From: an uncultured virus (IMG/VR IMGVR_UViG_3300034013_000904)
Lineage: Duplodnaviria > Heunggongvirae > Uroviricota > Caudoviricetes
Reading direction: 5' to 3' (one strand)
Length of the DNA: 64,000 bases
IMG/VR virus record: IMGVR_UViG_3300034013_000904
A program made the position numbers and the translations under genes. The notes below the pieces were generated by a model that did not search any database, was not told the origin of the DNA, and saw nothing but the letters and a program-made list of their open reading frames with translations. Numbering within the stretch: position 1 is the stretch's first letter; the number at the start of each line of letters is the position of its first letter. Positions 39,646 to 48,908 of the stretch are shown here, one piece after another.

Positions 39646-40865
39646 GTTTGTTGCACTGAGATTCCAGGAGGAATAAGGCCAGCCACTGCACTTCCCAGTC
39701 CCAAAATGGGACTTAACACCAGCCCAATAAATGTGCAGAAGGTGAAGGGAATGTACTTGAAGATTTCTTTGAGTATGGGAACAAACTTCAAGATAGCTTT
39801 GAAGAACCCCACGACAAGCTTCATCCACAGTTCCAATATCAGAGTAGGAATTTGTTCAAACAAGTCTTTCACAGCCTGCATTATGCTGTTGAAGCGGGTT
39901 TCCTTGCTCTCAAGATTGAGATCTTTGGGTGGGTCAGATATTTTGAGAAGCTGTTTGACTTTTGTGGGAAAAGGCCAAGCTATGAATTTCAACAAGGGAC
40001 TAAATGCCTTGTCCAAAAAGTTTTTTATATCAAACTCAAGAAAGTAATCAATCATGCGCTGCATTTTTTCATTAGCACTGATGGCCAAGTCTTTGATGGG
40101 TTGCCACACACTATTGAAAAGCTCTTCAAAATTTAGGGCCACCAAATTGGGAAGGTCTGGTAAGCGCAGGGCTTGCCAAATTTTTTTGATCGGTTCAGTC
40201 AAAGCTCTTAGTGCTCGGAAACCTCTGTTGATTAGGCTCAATAAACCTTTGTGGAACTCACTCCATACTCTACTGATTAGGCTTTGTTGGCGCATTTCAT
40301 CGTTCTTCAAACCCAATGTTCCATCAAATGTGATATTCCAAGGTAGGCCCAAGGCTTTTGCTATTTGATCTTGGCGAGCGCCAATTGCAGCTCTTATTTT
40401 AGCTCTACCCTCTGCACTAAGAAGATCACGCACTGTACAGTTGGGCAGGAACGGCAACGGTATATTCAAAAAGCTCAAGTTGGGAATAATCCTGCCCAAA
40501 ATGTCCAATAACTTGAGTTCCAAATAGAGTTTGAACTCATTAAACAGTGCTCGCAGTCGTACACCCATTTCTTGTTCTGGGACTTTGAGGTTAGGGCCGT
40601 ACACAGGATTGTCCACGCTGCCTAGTGTGGTCCCAAAGGTTTTGTCAAATAATTTCAGTAAACTGTCTATTGCATCCGAAATTTGTTTGGCTGTGGCAGT
40701 AACAGTGCATTGAGCTATCTGACCCAATTGCCCTGGTATGCTGCCTAGCCCTCGGCCAAACTCATCAAGATTGTTGAAATTGGGTAATACACCATCAGTG
40801 CATTCAAACTTTGGAAATGTAACTGTGAGGCTCACGCCCTGGCAAGGATCTATTGGTTGATTCAT
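39642..40865 (-). CDS. Hypothetical late protein with amphipathic Leu/Pro-rich segments
   Basis: 407-aa ORF; TAAATA 6 nt before ATG. Confidence 0.65.
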   Translation of the reverse strand: MNQPIDPCQGVSLTVTFPKFECTDGVLPNFNNLDEFGRGLGSIPGQLGQIAQCTVTATAKQISDAIDSLLKLFDKTFGTTLGSVDNPVYGPNLKVPEQEMGVRLRALFNEFKLYLELKLLDILGRIIPNLSFLNIPLPFLPNCTVRDLLSAEGRAKIRAAIGARQDQIAKALGLPWNITFDGTLGLKNDEMRQQSLISRVWSEFHKGLLSLINRGFRALRALTEPIKKIWQALRLPDLPNLVALNFEELFNSVWQPIKDLAISANEKMQRMIDYFLEFDIKNFLDKAFSPLLKFIAWPFPTKVKQLLKISDPPKDLNLESKETRFNSIMQAVKDLFEQIPTLILELWMKLVVGFFKAILKFVPILKEIFKYIPFTFCTFIGLVLSPILGLGSAVAGLIPPGISVQQT

Positions 40866-40951
40866 AACACTTATTTAAATTGACAATCACTCTTGGAAAA
40901 AATTAAAAGGAGGTATGAATTTCAATACATGGCTAGTTACAATCTGCCGCG

Positions 40952-40985
40952 GAAAGCTAGGTGCCTTTAGGGCGTAGTAGTTCAC
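40952..40985 (+). mobile_element. Possible remnant of an IS200/IS605-type right end
   Basis: GAAAGCTAGGTGCCTTTAGGGCGTAGTAGTTCAC: imperfect hairpin followed by TAGTTCAC. Confidence 0.3.
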
Positions 40986-41035
40986 ATGTCACTGGTTGGT
41001 ATGCCACCGGCCTGTATGTAGAGGCATAACATATC

Positions 41036-41701
41036 TTAAAAATCACAAATTTTCCTGATTGAGTTCAAGTAAAAATACTTGCATAACCAAGACTGAACAT
41101 AGCTGTGTTCCTTGCATGACAAGAACTCACCTGGCGTCCTGGGTCCCCAATCTCGTTGTTTAAAACTGTCGGGCAATCTTTTATACATCTCAGTTGTGTT
41201 GACTGCATCCGGCCAACTGATCCATTTTTCTTGAAAATAGCTTATGCCAAGATATTGTCCTGAAGGGGCCCAAGTGCTGGGGGCCCAGAAATACTCAGCC
41301 TCTTGTGTAATATAGCAGGCTAGATTGTTGCCAATCAATCGCAATATGAAATCATCGTCTTCAAAGCCTCCAGGAAACTTCTCGTCCAAGCCACCTATTT
41401 GCCTAAACAATTCCTTTTTGATACCAAAAAAACGGAAATCATACAACGCCACAAAGGCAAACCCTTCATCCAGCTTTTGTAAAATCAATTGAATATTTTC
41501 GTCAGAGGGGGCAACGCGATTACAAAGTATGATAGTTGTTTCTGTAGGACTCTGGTGAACACAATCGTTCACCAGCAGGGAAAAACTGGGATAATTGCTG
41601 CCATTGAACCAATTCACTGTATTGTTTTGTAATTTGCTGTTGGCAAATTGTAAATCGTCAAAATTTTGTGAAATAAGCCAAATGGAATAATCAAGTGTCA
41701 T
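41036..41701 (-). CDS. Glycosyltransferase family 2-like protein
   Basis: IKKELFRQIGGLDEKF.GGFEDDDFILR. Confidence 0.7.
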   Translation of the reverse strand: MTLDYSIWLISQNFDDLQFANSKLQNNTVNWFNGSNYPSFSLLVNDCVHQSPTETTIILCNRVAPSDENIQLILQKLDEGFAFVALYDFRFFGIKKELFRQIGGLDEKFPGGFEDDDFILRLIGNNLACYITQEAEYFWAPSTWAPSGQYLGISYFQEKWISWPDAVNTTEMYKRLPDSFKQRDWGPRTPGEFLSCKEHSYVQSWLCKYFYLNSIRKICDF

Positions 41702-41740
41702 ACTTAAAGCGTATCAGAAACCCCAAAGGTTGTCAATATG

Positions 41741-41983
41741 CTACCTTCCCCACAAGAGGGCAAACAAGCTGGCATCCTCTTGGCTCCGAAAGCTCACCCA
41801 AATTTTTTCATAATGTTGGTGAGATGACAGAGAACGATAGCTCCATCGGCTACTTGCTTTGAAAAAGTCCGGTTGGCCCAAGGTATCTATCAACCACAGC
41901 AGCATGTTTTCGTGCTCAGCAAGAGACATGCCTTCCAGCACTACCATATGTGGCCATTGAGGCAAGACTGTGGTCTCATACAT
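41741..41983 (-). CDS. Small hypothetical protein (FxxxxDAxxFxLxW family)
   Basis: C-terminus FRSQEDASLFALLW. Confidence 0.65.
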   Translation of the reverse strand: MYETTVLPQWPHMVVLEGMSLAEHENMLLWLIDTLGQPDFFKASSRWSYRSLSSHQHYEKIWVSFRSQEDASLFALLWGR

Positions 41984-41986
41984 GCG

Positions 41987-42235
41987 CTAGGTCCACGTCA
42001 ACCTGAACAGCAGAGCATCTTCTTCACGCTCAAACACCAGTTGATATCGTTTGGGGTTGACCCCACTGTGCCACTGGAGCCAGTAGCTGCCTCCAGGTGT
42101 CTTCTTCAGCCAACTCCATCGCAGCTCGCCCAACACGTCCAAAAGATGGGGCAAAGGCACTGGGTTGTCTGCCTCAATAGGCACCTCGTGCCACTGGCTG
42201 TAGTCCGCTTCCAGATCCCGGTTAACCCGCTGCAC
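41987..42235 (-). CDS. Small hypothetical protein (FxxxxDAxxFxLxW family)
   Basis: C-terminus FEREEDALLFRLTW. Confidence 0.65.
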   Translation of the reverse strand: MQRVNRDLEADYSQWHEVPIEADNPVPLPHLLDVLGELRWSWLKKTPGGSYWLQWHSGVNPKRYQLVFEREEDALLFRLTWT

Positions 42236-43829
42236 GCAAGTCCACTGTGTTCACCACAGCCCCACCATCCAATCCCGCATCCAGCACCTGCCCCTTGCTG
42301 AACAGCATGTCTGCCATCATCTCTTCGATAGTATTTTCAGCCACCAAGTTGAAAATCGTAACCTGGTCGCTAGTTTGACCAATGCGGTGCACACGGTCTG
42401 CACACTGCTGAATTTCTCCAGGGCTCCACGGCGTCTGCACAAACGCCACCGCATTTGCAGCCGTAAGGGTAAGGCCAAAACCACCAGCAGAGATGCTAAC
42501 CAAAATCACTCGGGTCTTGGGATCATTCTGAAAAGCCTCAACAGCCTGTGCACGCTCTTCGTTGCTGACCCCACCGTAGATAACTCCAACCTTTCCGCCC
42601 CACTCCTGGTCCGCAGCTAGCGCACCTTGGATATGGTCAATCACCGCCCGGTTGTGGGCAAACACCACCAGCTTCTCGCCGTTTTCAGTATAATCTCGAA
42701 TCCACTCTACAGTGCTGGCGAGCTTGCTGAGCGCAGCCACCTCACGCAGCTTCTGCATCGCAACAATGCGCTCATCGCTCTTGGGAGCATTGCTGCCCAA
42801 GCGGATCATAGTCTCAAGGCCAGCTTTCCAATCAATTCCCTTGAAGGCTCGCTCTACGCTGTCATACTCCGCACGGTCAAACTCCAGTGGGATAACCTGA
42901 TACACCTTGGGCGGCAGCTCCTTCAGCACGTCCCGCTTCAAGCGACGCAGCATGAGGTGGCTTGTCAGCAGCTGGTGCAGTTCATCCATGTTCGAGCTGC
43001 CACCGAAGTTCCAACCATGCCCGTTATTCACCGGGTTGCAGAAGCGCCATGCGAACTTGTTCCAAGTGCTGAACTGCGGCACATAGCTGGCCAAGCTCCT
43101 GACAGTGCTCCACAGCTCTGCCGGCCTGTTTACCATTGGAGTGCCTGAAATCAGAACCACACGCGGCACAGGCTTGCTGACCTTGTGAGTCTTGCGCACA
43201 CCGCCCTTGAGCTTTTCCTCCACCTCACCAGTAGCTAGCCGCATGTAAGCCTGTGTGCGCTTGGCACTGGGATTCTTGATCTTGTGGCTCTCATCCACCG
43301 CCATGAACTTGAGATTCAATGCCTCGATGTCGTCGAGGTTGCTACTGAGGATGTCGTAGTTCACAAGGTAGATGTCGCAACCGGCTGTGGGCCGCTTGCT
43401 GTAGATGACATTGGGATGCCGAGCAGCTCGCTCAGCAGTGGCACGCTTGCTGTAGGAAGTGCCCACCACATTGATTTGGTACCGAGTGCCAGTCATCGCG
43501 ATGATTTCATTCCGCCAATTCAACTTAAGAGTATTGGGCAGCACTACCATCATAGGAAACAGCTGATTCTTGTGGGCGTAGGCCATAACCTCAACGGTCT
43601 TTCCCAGTCCCTGTTCTTCAGCCAACAGTCCAACTCCCAGCTGGCTCTCCAACCACGCAACAGCCTCTGCCTGGTAAGGCTTCAGCTTGAAGTTGAAACC
43701 TTCCAGCTGGGTGACCCGAGGGATGCTGTTCAAGAAAGCTTCAACTCGGGGATCAACCTTGAGGTTGTGCTTGGTGCTGAGTCGCAGCACCTTGCGAGCA
43801 TTCTCAATCGAGGCTGGAACAGTCAACAT
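42222..43829 (-). CDS. SNF2-family helicase/ATPase, SMARCAL1/HARP-like
   Basis: LAEEQGLGKT, VDESH, SGTP..NRP.ELW, LRRLKRDVL..LPPK, GLTLTAA, DRVHRIGQ. Confidence 0.93.
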   Translation of the reverse strand: MLTVPASIENARKVLRLSTKHNLKVDPRVEAFLNSIPRVTQLEGFNFKLKPYQAEAVAWLESQLGVGLLAEEQGLGKTVEVMAYAHKNQLFPMMVVLPNTLKLNWRNEIIAMTGTRYQINVVGTSYSKRATAERAARHPNVIYSKRPTAGCDIYLVNYDILSSNLDDIEALNLKFMAVDESHKIKNPSAKRTQAYMRLATGEVEEKLKGGVRKTHKVSKPVPRVVLISGTPMVNRPAELWSTVRSLASYVPQFSTWNKFAWRFCNPVNNGHGWNFGGSSNMDELHQLLTSHLMLRRLKRDVLKELPPKVYQVIPLEFDRAEYDSVERAFKGIDWKAGLETMIRLGSNAPKSDERIVAMQKLREVAALSKLASTVEWIRDYTENGEKLVVFAHNRAVIDHIQGALAADQEWGGKVGVIYGGVSNEERAQAVEAFQNDPKTRVILVSISAGGFGLTLTAANAVAFVQTPWSPGEIQQCADRVHRIGQTSDQVTIFNLVAENTIEEMMADMLFSKGQVLDAGLDGGAVVNTVDLRAAG

Positions 43830-43889
43830 GTAAGCTCTCCTTCCTACCCCTGCATTGTAGCAGGTTTGAAGGGATGGTCAATCCTAAAT

Positions 43890-44087
43890 CTAGAGATTCA
43901 CATGATGAGTGATGAGAATCTGCTGGCGCTGATGAGGGTTGAGATATAGTTGGGCAAAGTAAGTGGCCTTGTGTCCACGCTTGGTCATCATCTCAACCAA
44001 GCGCCGGCTTTCGTGCTCACTGAGCTTGTCGGCCAAAATTGTGCACACACCGTTGTCGTCTTGACGGATCACTAGGTAGCTGCTCAT
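43890..44087 (-). CDS. Hypothetical protein
   Basis: 65-aa ORF coupled to the upstream stop codon. Confidence 0.6.
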   Translation of the reverse strand: MSSYLVIRQDDNGVCTILADKLSEHESRRLVEMMTKRGHKATYFAQLYLNPHQRQQILITHHVNL

Positions 44088-44455
44088 GCTCGGAGACTCT
44101 CCTCTACACTCATCAACTGTTCAAAATCCACTGCTTCGCTGTAGTAGCCGTTGCTCTCACCCAGCCATCTCAGTGTCACGCTGCCCTTGATGGTAGCTAG
44201 TTCGGAAAATGTCCAGGTCTCGTGCCCCCATTCAGTCTCGCTTCCATTCACACGCTCCTCAGCCACAAGAATAGGCGCACCAACGAGGTCACTTAGCTCG
44301 CCAATGATGTCTTGGAGGACAACATTCTCACAGCAGTCTTGACAGTGCCACATTCGCCACCTACGCCCGCACTCGCTGTAAAACATGAGCTGGTCTGGCT
44401 CGCGTTCAAGCTCAATGTTGAGCAGAGTGATGCCCTTGAGATCTTCGATACCCAT
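44084..44455 (-). CDS. Conserved phage hypothetical protein
   Basis: HCQDCCENV..DI.G..L.G.PIL.AEE and TWTF..LATIKGSVTLRWLGESNGYYSE. Confidence 0.75.
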   Translation of the reverse strand: MGIEDLKGITLLNIELEREPDQLMFYSECGRRWRMWHCQDCCENVVLQDIIGELSDLVGAPILVAEERVNGSETEWGHETWTFSELATIKGSVTLRWLGESNGYYSEAVDFEQLMSVEESLRA

Positions 44456-44458
44456 ATT

Positions 44459-44740
44459 CTACCTTTCCATCATCAACGCAAATTGTGTCAAGTCATCCTT
44501 GGACCGGAACCAAAACCTCACACATGAGAAATTATGGATGCTGATGGCATGCCATGACCATCGGCTGCTGCAACTCTCTGCATCAGGAGTGCCAAAAAGC
44601 TGTAGCCCCAGTGTTTGGTTTCTTTTCAAAGTAATATTGGGCACGTCTAAAACCTCAATCATATAGGGCCACTGATCAGCGTCACGGGTTTTGAGCAGAT
44701 TGAGAGGGAATTGAATTTGGTCTAGAGCTGTCAGCGTCAA
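44459..44740 (-). CDS. Small hypothetical protein (FxxxxDAxxFxLxW-related)
   Basis: RWSW..FWFRSKDDLTQFAL. Confidence 0.6.
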   Translation of the reverse strand: MTLTALDQIQFPLNLLKTRDADQWPYMIEVLDVPNITLKRNQTLGLQLFGTPDAESCSSRWSWHAISIHNFSCVRFWFRSKDDLTQFALMMER

Positions 44741-45018
44741 TGCATAGTATCCGGAAAATAATCTTCATCCTCATCCGCCATCAGCAGTTGCAGCTGGTAG
44801 AGGTCGCTGAACTCGGGCCAGATGCTGGTGCAACGCTGACAGATCTTGTCAGCCCAACCATCCCCAACCACTGCCTCACATGTGAGCACAGGCTTCTCAC
44901 ACCGTCCACACCAGCGGCGGCCATCGTCGAAGGTGGCACCATGTGGGGTAGGCATCTCTCGAAATGCCTCTGCCAGTAGGTCTCTGTCAATCCAATCAGG
45001 CGTCAGTGTTGAGCTCAT
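44737..45018 (-). CDS. Hypothetical Zn-ribbon protein
   Basis: CGRC..CQRC; probable start at ATG 45018. Confidence 0.55.
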   Translation of the reverse strand: MSSTLTPDWIDRDLLAEAFREMPTPHGATFDDGRRWCGRCEKPVLTCEAVVGDGWADKICQRCTSIWPEFSDLYQLQLLMADEDEDYFPDTMH

Positions 45019-45718
45019 CTTCGATCTCCTTGAGAATGGCAGCGTCGTCAACCGACACAATCAGTGTGTCGCCTGCCAATGTCACATGCTGGCCGCCTGT
45101 CAGCATGAGATGAACTCGACTTTCTTCCGTCTTTTCTCGCACACGCTCCAAGTAAGTGGTGAAACGATCTTCCACCTCAAACTCAAACTTATCTGCAACA
45201 TCCATGATGCTCCAGATGCTGCTTTCGTTCACAGGGCACAACCAAACCTTGCGGGAGGGCTCCCACTGTGCCCGATACTTTTCGCCCTTGTGCTCGCCTC
45301 GGACCATCTTCAGCGCAGCCACCAAGTCCGGATTGTAAGGGAAGTGGAACACCGCAGTCTTCTGTTCGCTGATGATACGCCGCGGATTGTGATGCCTGCC
45401 TTCGAGGTTGCCAACTGCTGCGTTGGGATCCAGCGGTGCAAGCTTGAACACTGGCTGTTCCAGGAACGCTTTCACAAAGTCCGTCCCACCAATTTGTCGG
45501 CGGTATTTGTTCACGAGCTTCAATGCAGCCTGCGCTTGCTTCAGCGTGAAGGGCCTACCTTGCTGAGCACGATTGGCCAAGCTGTGGCCAAACTCAGTGT
45601 CTGCACCAGAAAACCCTTGTTGGTCATGCTGCCTTGCACCGTCGCACACGCCTGCAAGAGAGCAGATCATGCCTTCCACCGTGTGCGGTGCAGCAGGTTC
45701 TACCTTCCAGTTGCTCAT
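44996..45718 (-). CDS. HARP-like domain protein
   Basis: FHFPYNPDLVAALK..QWEPSRKVW resembles the HARP domain; has its own promoter and GGAG SD. Confidence 0.6.
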   Translation of the reverse strand: MSNWKVEPAAPHTVEGMICSLAGVCDGARQHDQQGFSGADTEFGHSLANRAQQGRPFTLKQAQAALKLVNKYRRQIGGTDFVKAFLEQPVFKLAPLDPNAAVGNLEGRHHNPRRIISEQKTAVFHFPYNPDLVAALKMVRGEHKGEKYRAQWEPSRKVWLCPVNESSIWSIMDVADKFEFEVEDRFTTYLERVREKTEESRVHLMLTGGQHVTLAGDTLIVSVDDAAILKEIEDELNTDA

Positions 45719-45949
45719 CTACTGTCTCCGTGCTCTACCCCGCCAATATAGCAGCTTTTGATGGCATGTCAACCAGCTATTGGTAACCCATGATCCAAAG
45801 GCTGTAGACACAAGCTGCACCGTAGAGGTATAGAGCCACTCGCTTCCAGCTCCACTTTCCAATGGAGGTGAAAAGATGATACCAAGTGTATAGCCCTGCC
45901 CCAAAAAGAACCATTTCGGGCAGGAAAAAACTCAACTCGATCAATTGGT

Positions 45950-46297
45950 TCATCGCATGCTCTTTGGATAGGAGCCCGCAAGGTGCTTCTCCAGCTTTTC
46001 ATGGCTGATTTCTGGTAGCTCACGCATGACTCTGAGTTCGTTCATCAGTTTCAGCATGCGTTCTGAGGCCACTCTGTCCAGTGCACCAAACCTCATGAGG
46101 AAACCACTTGGAACTTTTGCACCAGGATTTTTCTCGTGAAAATTCTTCACCCACTGATCTCGAAACCGCAAGCGGGCAAAGATTTCAATATCATCCCTGG
46201 TTCGCAGTTCTTCAATTAGCTCTAAGTAGCTGAGATCCTGGGCGGATCTGACGGACAGAGACGGCTGAGTAAACCAACTTTTCATGAAGCCAAACAT
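45950..46297 (-). CDS. Hypothetical protein
   Basis: Promoter at 46324-46351 and GAGG SD. Confidence 0.6.
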   Translation of the reverse strand: MFGFMKSWFTQPSLSVRSAQDLSYLELIEELRTRDDIEIFARLRFRDQWVKNFHEKNPGAKVPSGFLMRFGALDRVASERMLKLMNELRVMRELPEISHEKLEKHLAGSYPKSMR

Positions 46298-46352
46298 AGT
46301 TGCCTCTTTGCGGATTCAAGCGCACTATACAGAGAAGTGTTTAGATGTCAAC

Positions 46353-47252
46353 CTAAAACTTCCAAGGCACGCTGTCACTGAACATGTGGAGAAAGATAGC
46401 TTGACGCACATAGAGACCATAGCGCATCTGCTTGAAGTACACGGCCCGGGGATCACTGTCCAAGCTGCTGGGCAGCTCGTCAACACGCGGCAAAGGGTGC
46501 ATGATGATGCTGCTGCTCTTGGCCTGGCTCATGTGCTGAGGAGTGAGCTGATACTTGCCCATCGTGCTTTGTAGATTCGGCGCAATCCGCTCCTTCTGCA
46601 CACGGGTAACATAGATCACATCCACCTTGTCCACACATTCGTCAATGCTGGTGTAAAGCTTGTCTGTTTCCTCTGTGAGTTCTTGCGGCATCTCCAGACC
46701 TGGTGGACTCACCATGTGCAGTCTCACATCATATAGACGCAGTAACCTGGTGAGGCTGTGCACAGTTCGACCATGACGCAAGTCACCCATTAGGCACACG
46801 TCAATGGGACGAGTCAAGCCCACATGCCGCTGGATGGTATAGAGGTCTAGGAGAGCTTGTGTGGGATGCTCACCAACTCCATCGCCTGCATTGATGATAG
46901 GAACAGGACTTACAGCCGCAGCCCATTGAGCTGCCCCTTTTTCGGGATGGCGCAACACAATGCAGTCTGAATAGCTGGCCAAAGTGCGAATAGTGTCTTC
47001 TAGGTTCTCACCCTTGCTGACAGAGCTGAAGCTGACATCATTGATGGGGATGACAGCGCCACCTAGCCGCACCATGGCTGAATAAAAACTACTGCTGGTG
47101 CGTGTGCTGGGCTCGTAGAAGAGGTTAGTACATACCTTCCCTTGAGCTACTGGTTGGGTGAGGCCCAGTTCAATGCCTTTCACAGTTGTGAATAATGTGT
47201 GTATACTTGTGAGGTCAAACTGATCAATGCTCAGCAAGTGAGGAAGGGTCAT
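46353..47252 (-). CDS. pyrB: Aspartate carbamoyltransferase catalytic subunit
   Basis: FYEPSTRT..SF, SKGE..EDT, NAGDG..EHPTQALLD, TRVQKER, MHPLPR. Confidence 0.97.
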   Translation of the reverse strand: MTLPHLLSIDQFDLTSIHTLFTTVKGIELGLTQPVAQGKVCTNLFYEPSTRTSSSFYSAMVRLGGAVIPINDVSFSSVSKGENLEDTIRTLASYSDCIVLRHPEKGAAQWAAAVSPVPIINAGDGVGEHPTQALLDLYTIQRHVGLTRPIDVCLMGDLRHGRTVHSLTRLLRLYDVRLHMVSPPGLEMPQELTEETDKLYTSIDECVDKVDVIYVTRVQKERIAPNLQSTMGKYQLTPQHMSQAKSSSIIMHPLPRVDELPSSLDSDPRAVYFKQMRYGLYVRQAIFLHMFSDSVPWKF

Positions 47253-47446
47253 ATTGTAATGCTTTCGGTTTGAACATATGGTCCCTTACTGAATGAGTAC
47301 CAATCAGGAGCCAAAGGCAAGGTGTTGGCTAAGGTAGTGGATCTAGCTCTTGTAAGGGCGTCATCTAAGGTGTTGAACAGCAATACGTGAATAAGAGTGG
47401 GCTCTAAACCACGCACTGCCTCCCAAATCTCCACACGATACTTCAT
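47249..47446 (-). CDS. Hypothetical protein
   Basis: Overlaps both neighbours by 4 nt. Confidence 0.55.
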   Translation of the reverse strand: MKYRVEIWEAVRGLEPTLIHVLLFNTLDDALTRARSTTLANTLPLAPDWYSFSKGPYVQTESITI

Positions 47447-48441
47447 CGCTTATTGATTACATGCCCAATAAGGTAACAGGCTTGATCTTGCGCCCACAAC
47501 AGCTCAACTACTTTGCTGGGTTGGTTGGAGATCAAACACATGCCCACGCCCATATTGAACACAGAGTGCATTTCAGTGTCTGAGACATGCCCTGCGGTTT
47601 GTAGCCAACGAAATACTTCAGGCACCGGACAACCTCTGGTTTTTTCAAAATCAAGATCACTTGGCAACACACGCTTGAGATTGCTATACAGGCCTCCACC
47701 AGTGATGTGTGCAGCAGCCGTAAGTAGGCCTTTTGTGTGCAGTTCCAAAATTGTGCTGACATAAAGGGCAGTGGGAGTAGATAACACTTGACCAAAAGTT
47801 TTTGTAAGGTCCCAAGGCACAAGCGCATCAAGACTTGTGCCACTGTCGTGAAGGATTTTCCTCACGAGGCTGAACCCATTGCTGTGCACTCCGCTGCTGG
47901 GCAGAGCAATTACTGCATCACCTACAGAAACATTTTTAGGAAGCAGCCTGTTGCGCTCTACAGCACCCACAGCGAATCCAGCCAAATCAAAATCGCCTGG
48001 GCTGTAGACTCCTGGCATTTCTGCTGTTTCACCGCCCACTAGTGCACAACCAGATGTTCTGCAAGCTTCTGCAATGCCCTCTATGATATCAACATGCGTA
48101 GAGGGATCCAGCTTGTTCACAGCCAGATAGTCCAAGAAATAAAGTGGCGTTGCACCTGTTGTCACAAGATCATTCACACACATAGCAACTAGGTCTTGCC
48201 CCAAGCCTTGAAGGCGTGTGCCTGCCTCTTTGACAAGTGACAGCTTTGTTCCCACGCCATCAGTTGTGCTAACCAGCAGGGGGTCACGCATGCCCAAGCT
48301 GCCGATGTCAAACACTGCGCCAAAGCCGCCTATTGTGCCCAACACGCCCTTTCGGTGTGTGGATTGGGCCAAGGGCCTTATTTGGTCAACAAACTCTTCT
48401 CCAGCAGTTATGTTAACGCCAGCTTCTTGATATGTGCTCAT
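47443..48441 (-). CDS. purM: Phosphoribosylaminoimidazole (AIR) synthetase
   Basis: Y..AGV, TDGVGTK, DLVAMCVND, GGETAEMPG, SSGVHSNGFSL, HITGGG, FNMGVG. Confidence 0.97.
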   Translation of the reverse strand: MSTYQEAGVNITAGEEFVDQIRPLAQSTHRKGVLGTIGGFGAVFDIGSLGMRDPLLVSTTDGVGTKLSLVKEAGTRLQGLGQDLVAMCVNDLVTTGATPLYFLDYLAVNKLDPSTHVDIIEGIAEACRTSGCALVGGETAEMPGVYSPGDFDLAGFAVGAVERNRLLPKNVSVGDAVIALPSSGVHSNGFSLVRKILHDSGTSLDALVPWDLTKTFGQVLSTPTALYVSTILELHTKGLLTAAAHITGGGLYSNLKRVLPSDLDFEKTRGCPVPEVFRWLQTAGHVSDTEMHSVFNMGVGMCLISNQPSKVVELLWAQDQACYLIGHVINKR

Positions 48442-48472
48442 GGGTCAAGTATGCGATCTTATCAAGCTTGCG

Positions 48473-48874
48473 TCAAACAGTTTGCCCCATGGGAACATAT
48501 GCCAAGATGCTTACACTAGCCTCCTTGGCAGCTTGCGCTCGGTGGTTGCCGTCAACAACACTGCCATTTGGTCCCATAATCACAGGGTCCACTTGCTCTC
48601 CACGCTCTAGTTTGATGGTTAGCTTTTTCACAATCTCATCGTCAATATCAATTACCCGATTAAAAGGATCATCTGGCAGCACATCACCATAGTGATCTGG
48701 AAAGTCTTGCGGGTTGATCATTTTTATGCCCCAGTCTTGACTTTTGATCCAGTTGACCATAGCAGGATTAGTGGGCTCTTCGTGATGCATGCTTTTGTAG
48801 AGAGTCAGCATTTCGCTACCAGTTATGCTTTCAGTTAACTGAATTTTTGGCGACAAAAAATCACTTGCTCTCAC
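48473..48874 (-). CDS. ParB/Srx-like domain protein under a late promoter
   Basis: PVIM....VVDGNHRAQAA; TAAATA at 48899-48904. Confidence 0.7.
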   Translation of the reverse strand: MRASDFLSPKIQLTESITGSEMLTLYKSMHHEEPTNPAMVNWIKSQDWGIKMINPQDFPDHYGDVLPDDPFNRVIDIDDEIVKKLTIKLERGEQVDPVIMGPNGSVVDGNHRAQAAKEASVSILAYVPMGQTV

Positions 48875-48908
48875 TGACCCATCCTTTGTTTGTTCCCCTA
48901 TTTACTCA

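Noticed and set aside
42627..45751. Long plus-strand ORFs in the early region (42627-43148, 43284-43949, 44846-45751)
   Set aside because: They lie antisense to well-supported minus-strand genes in GC-richer sequence
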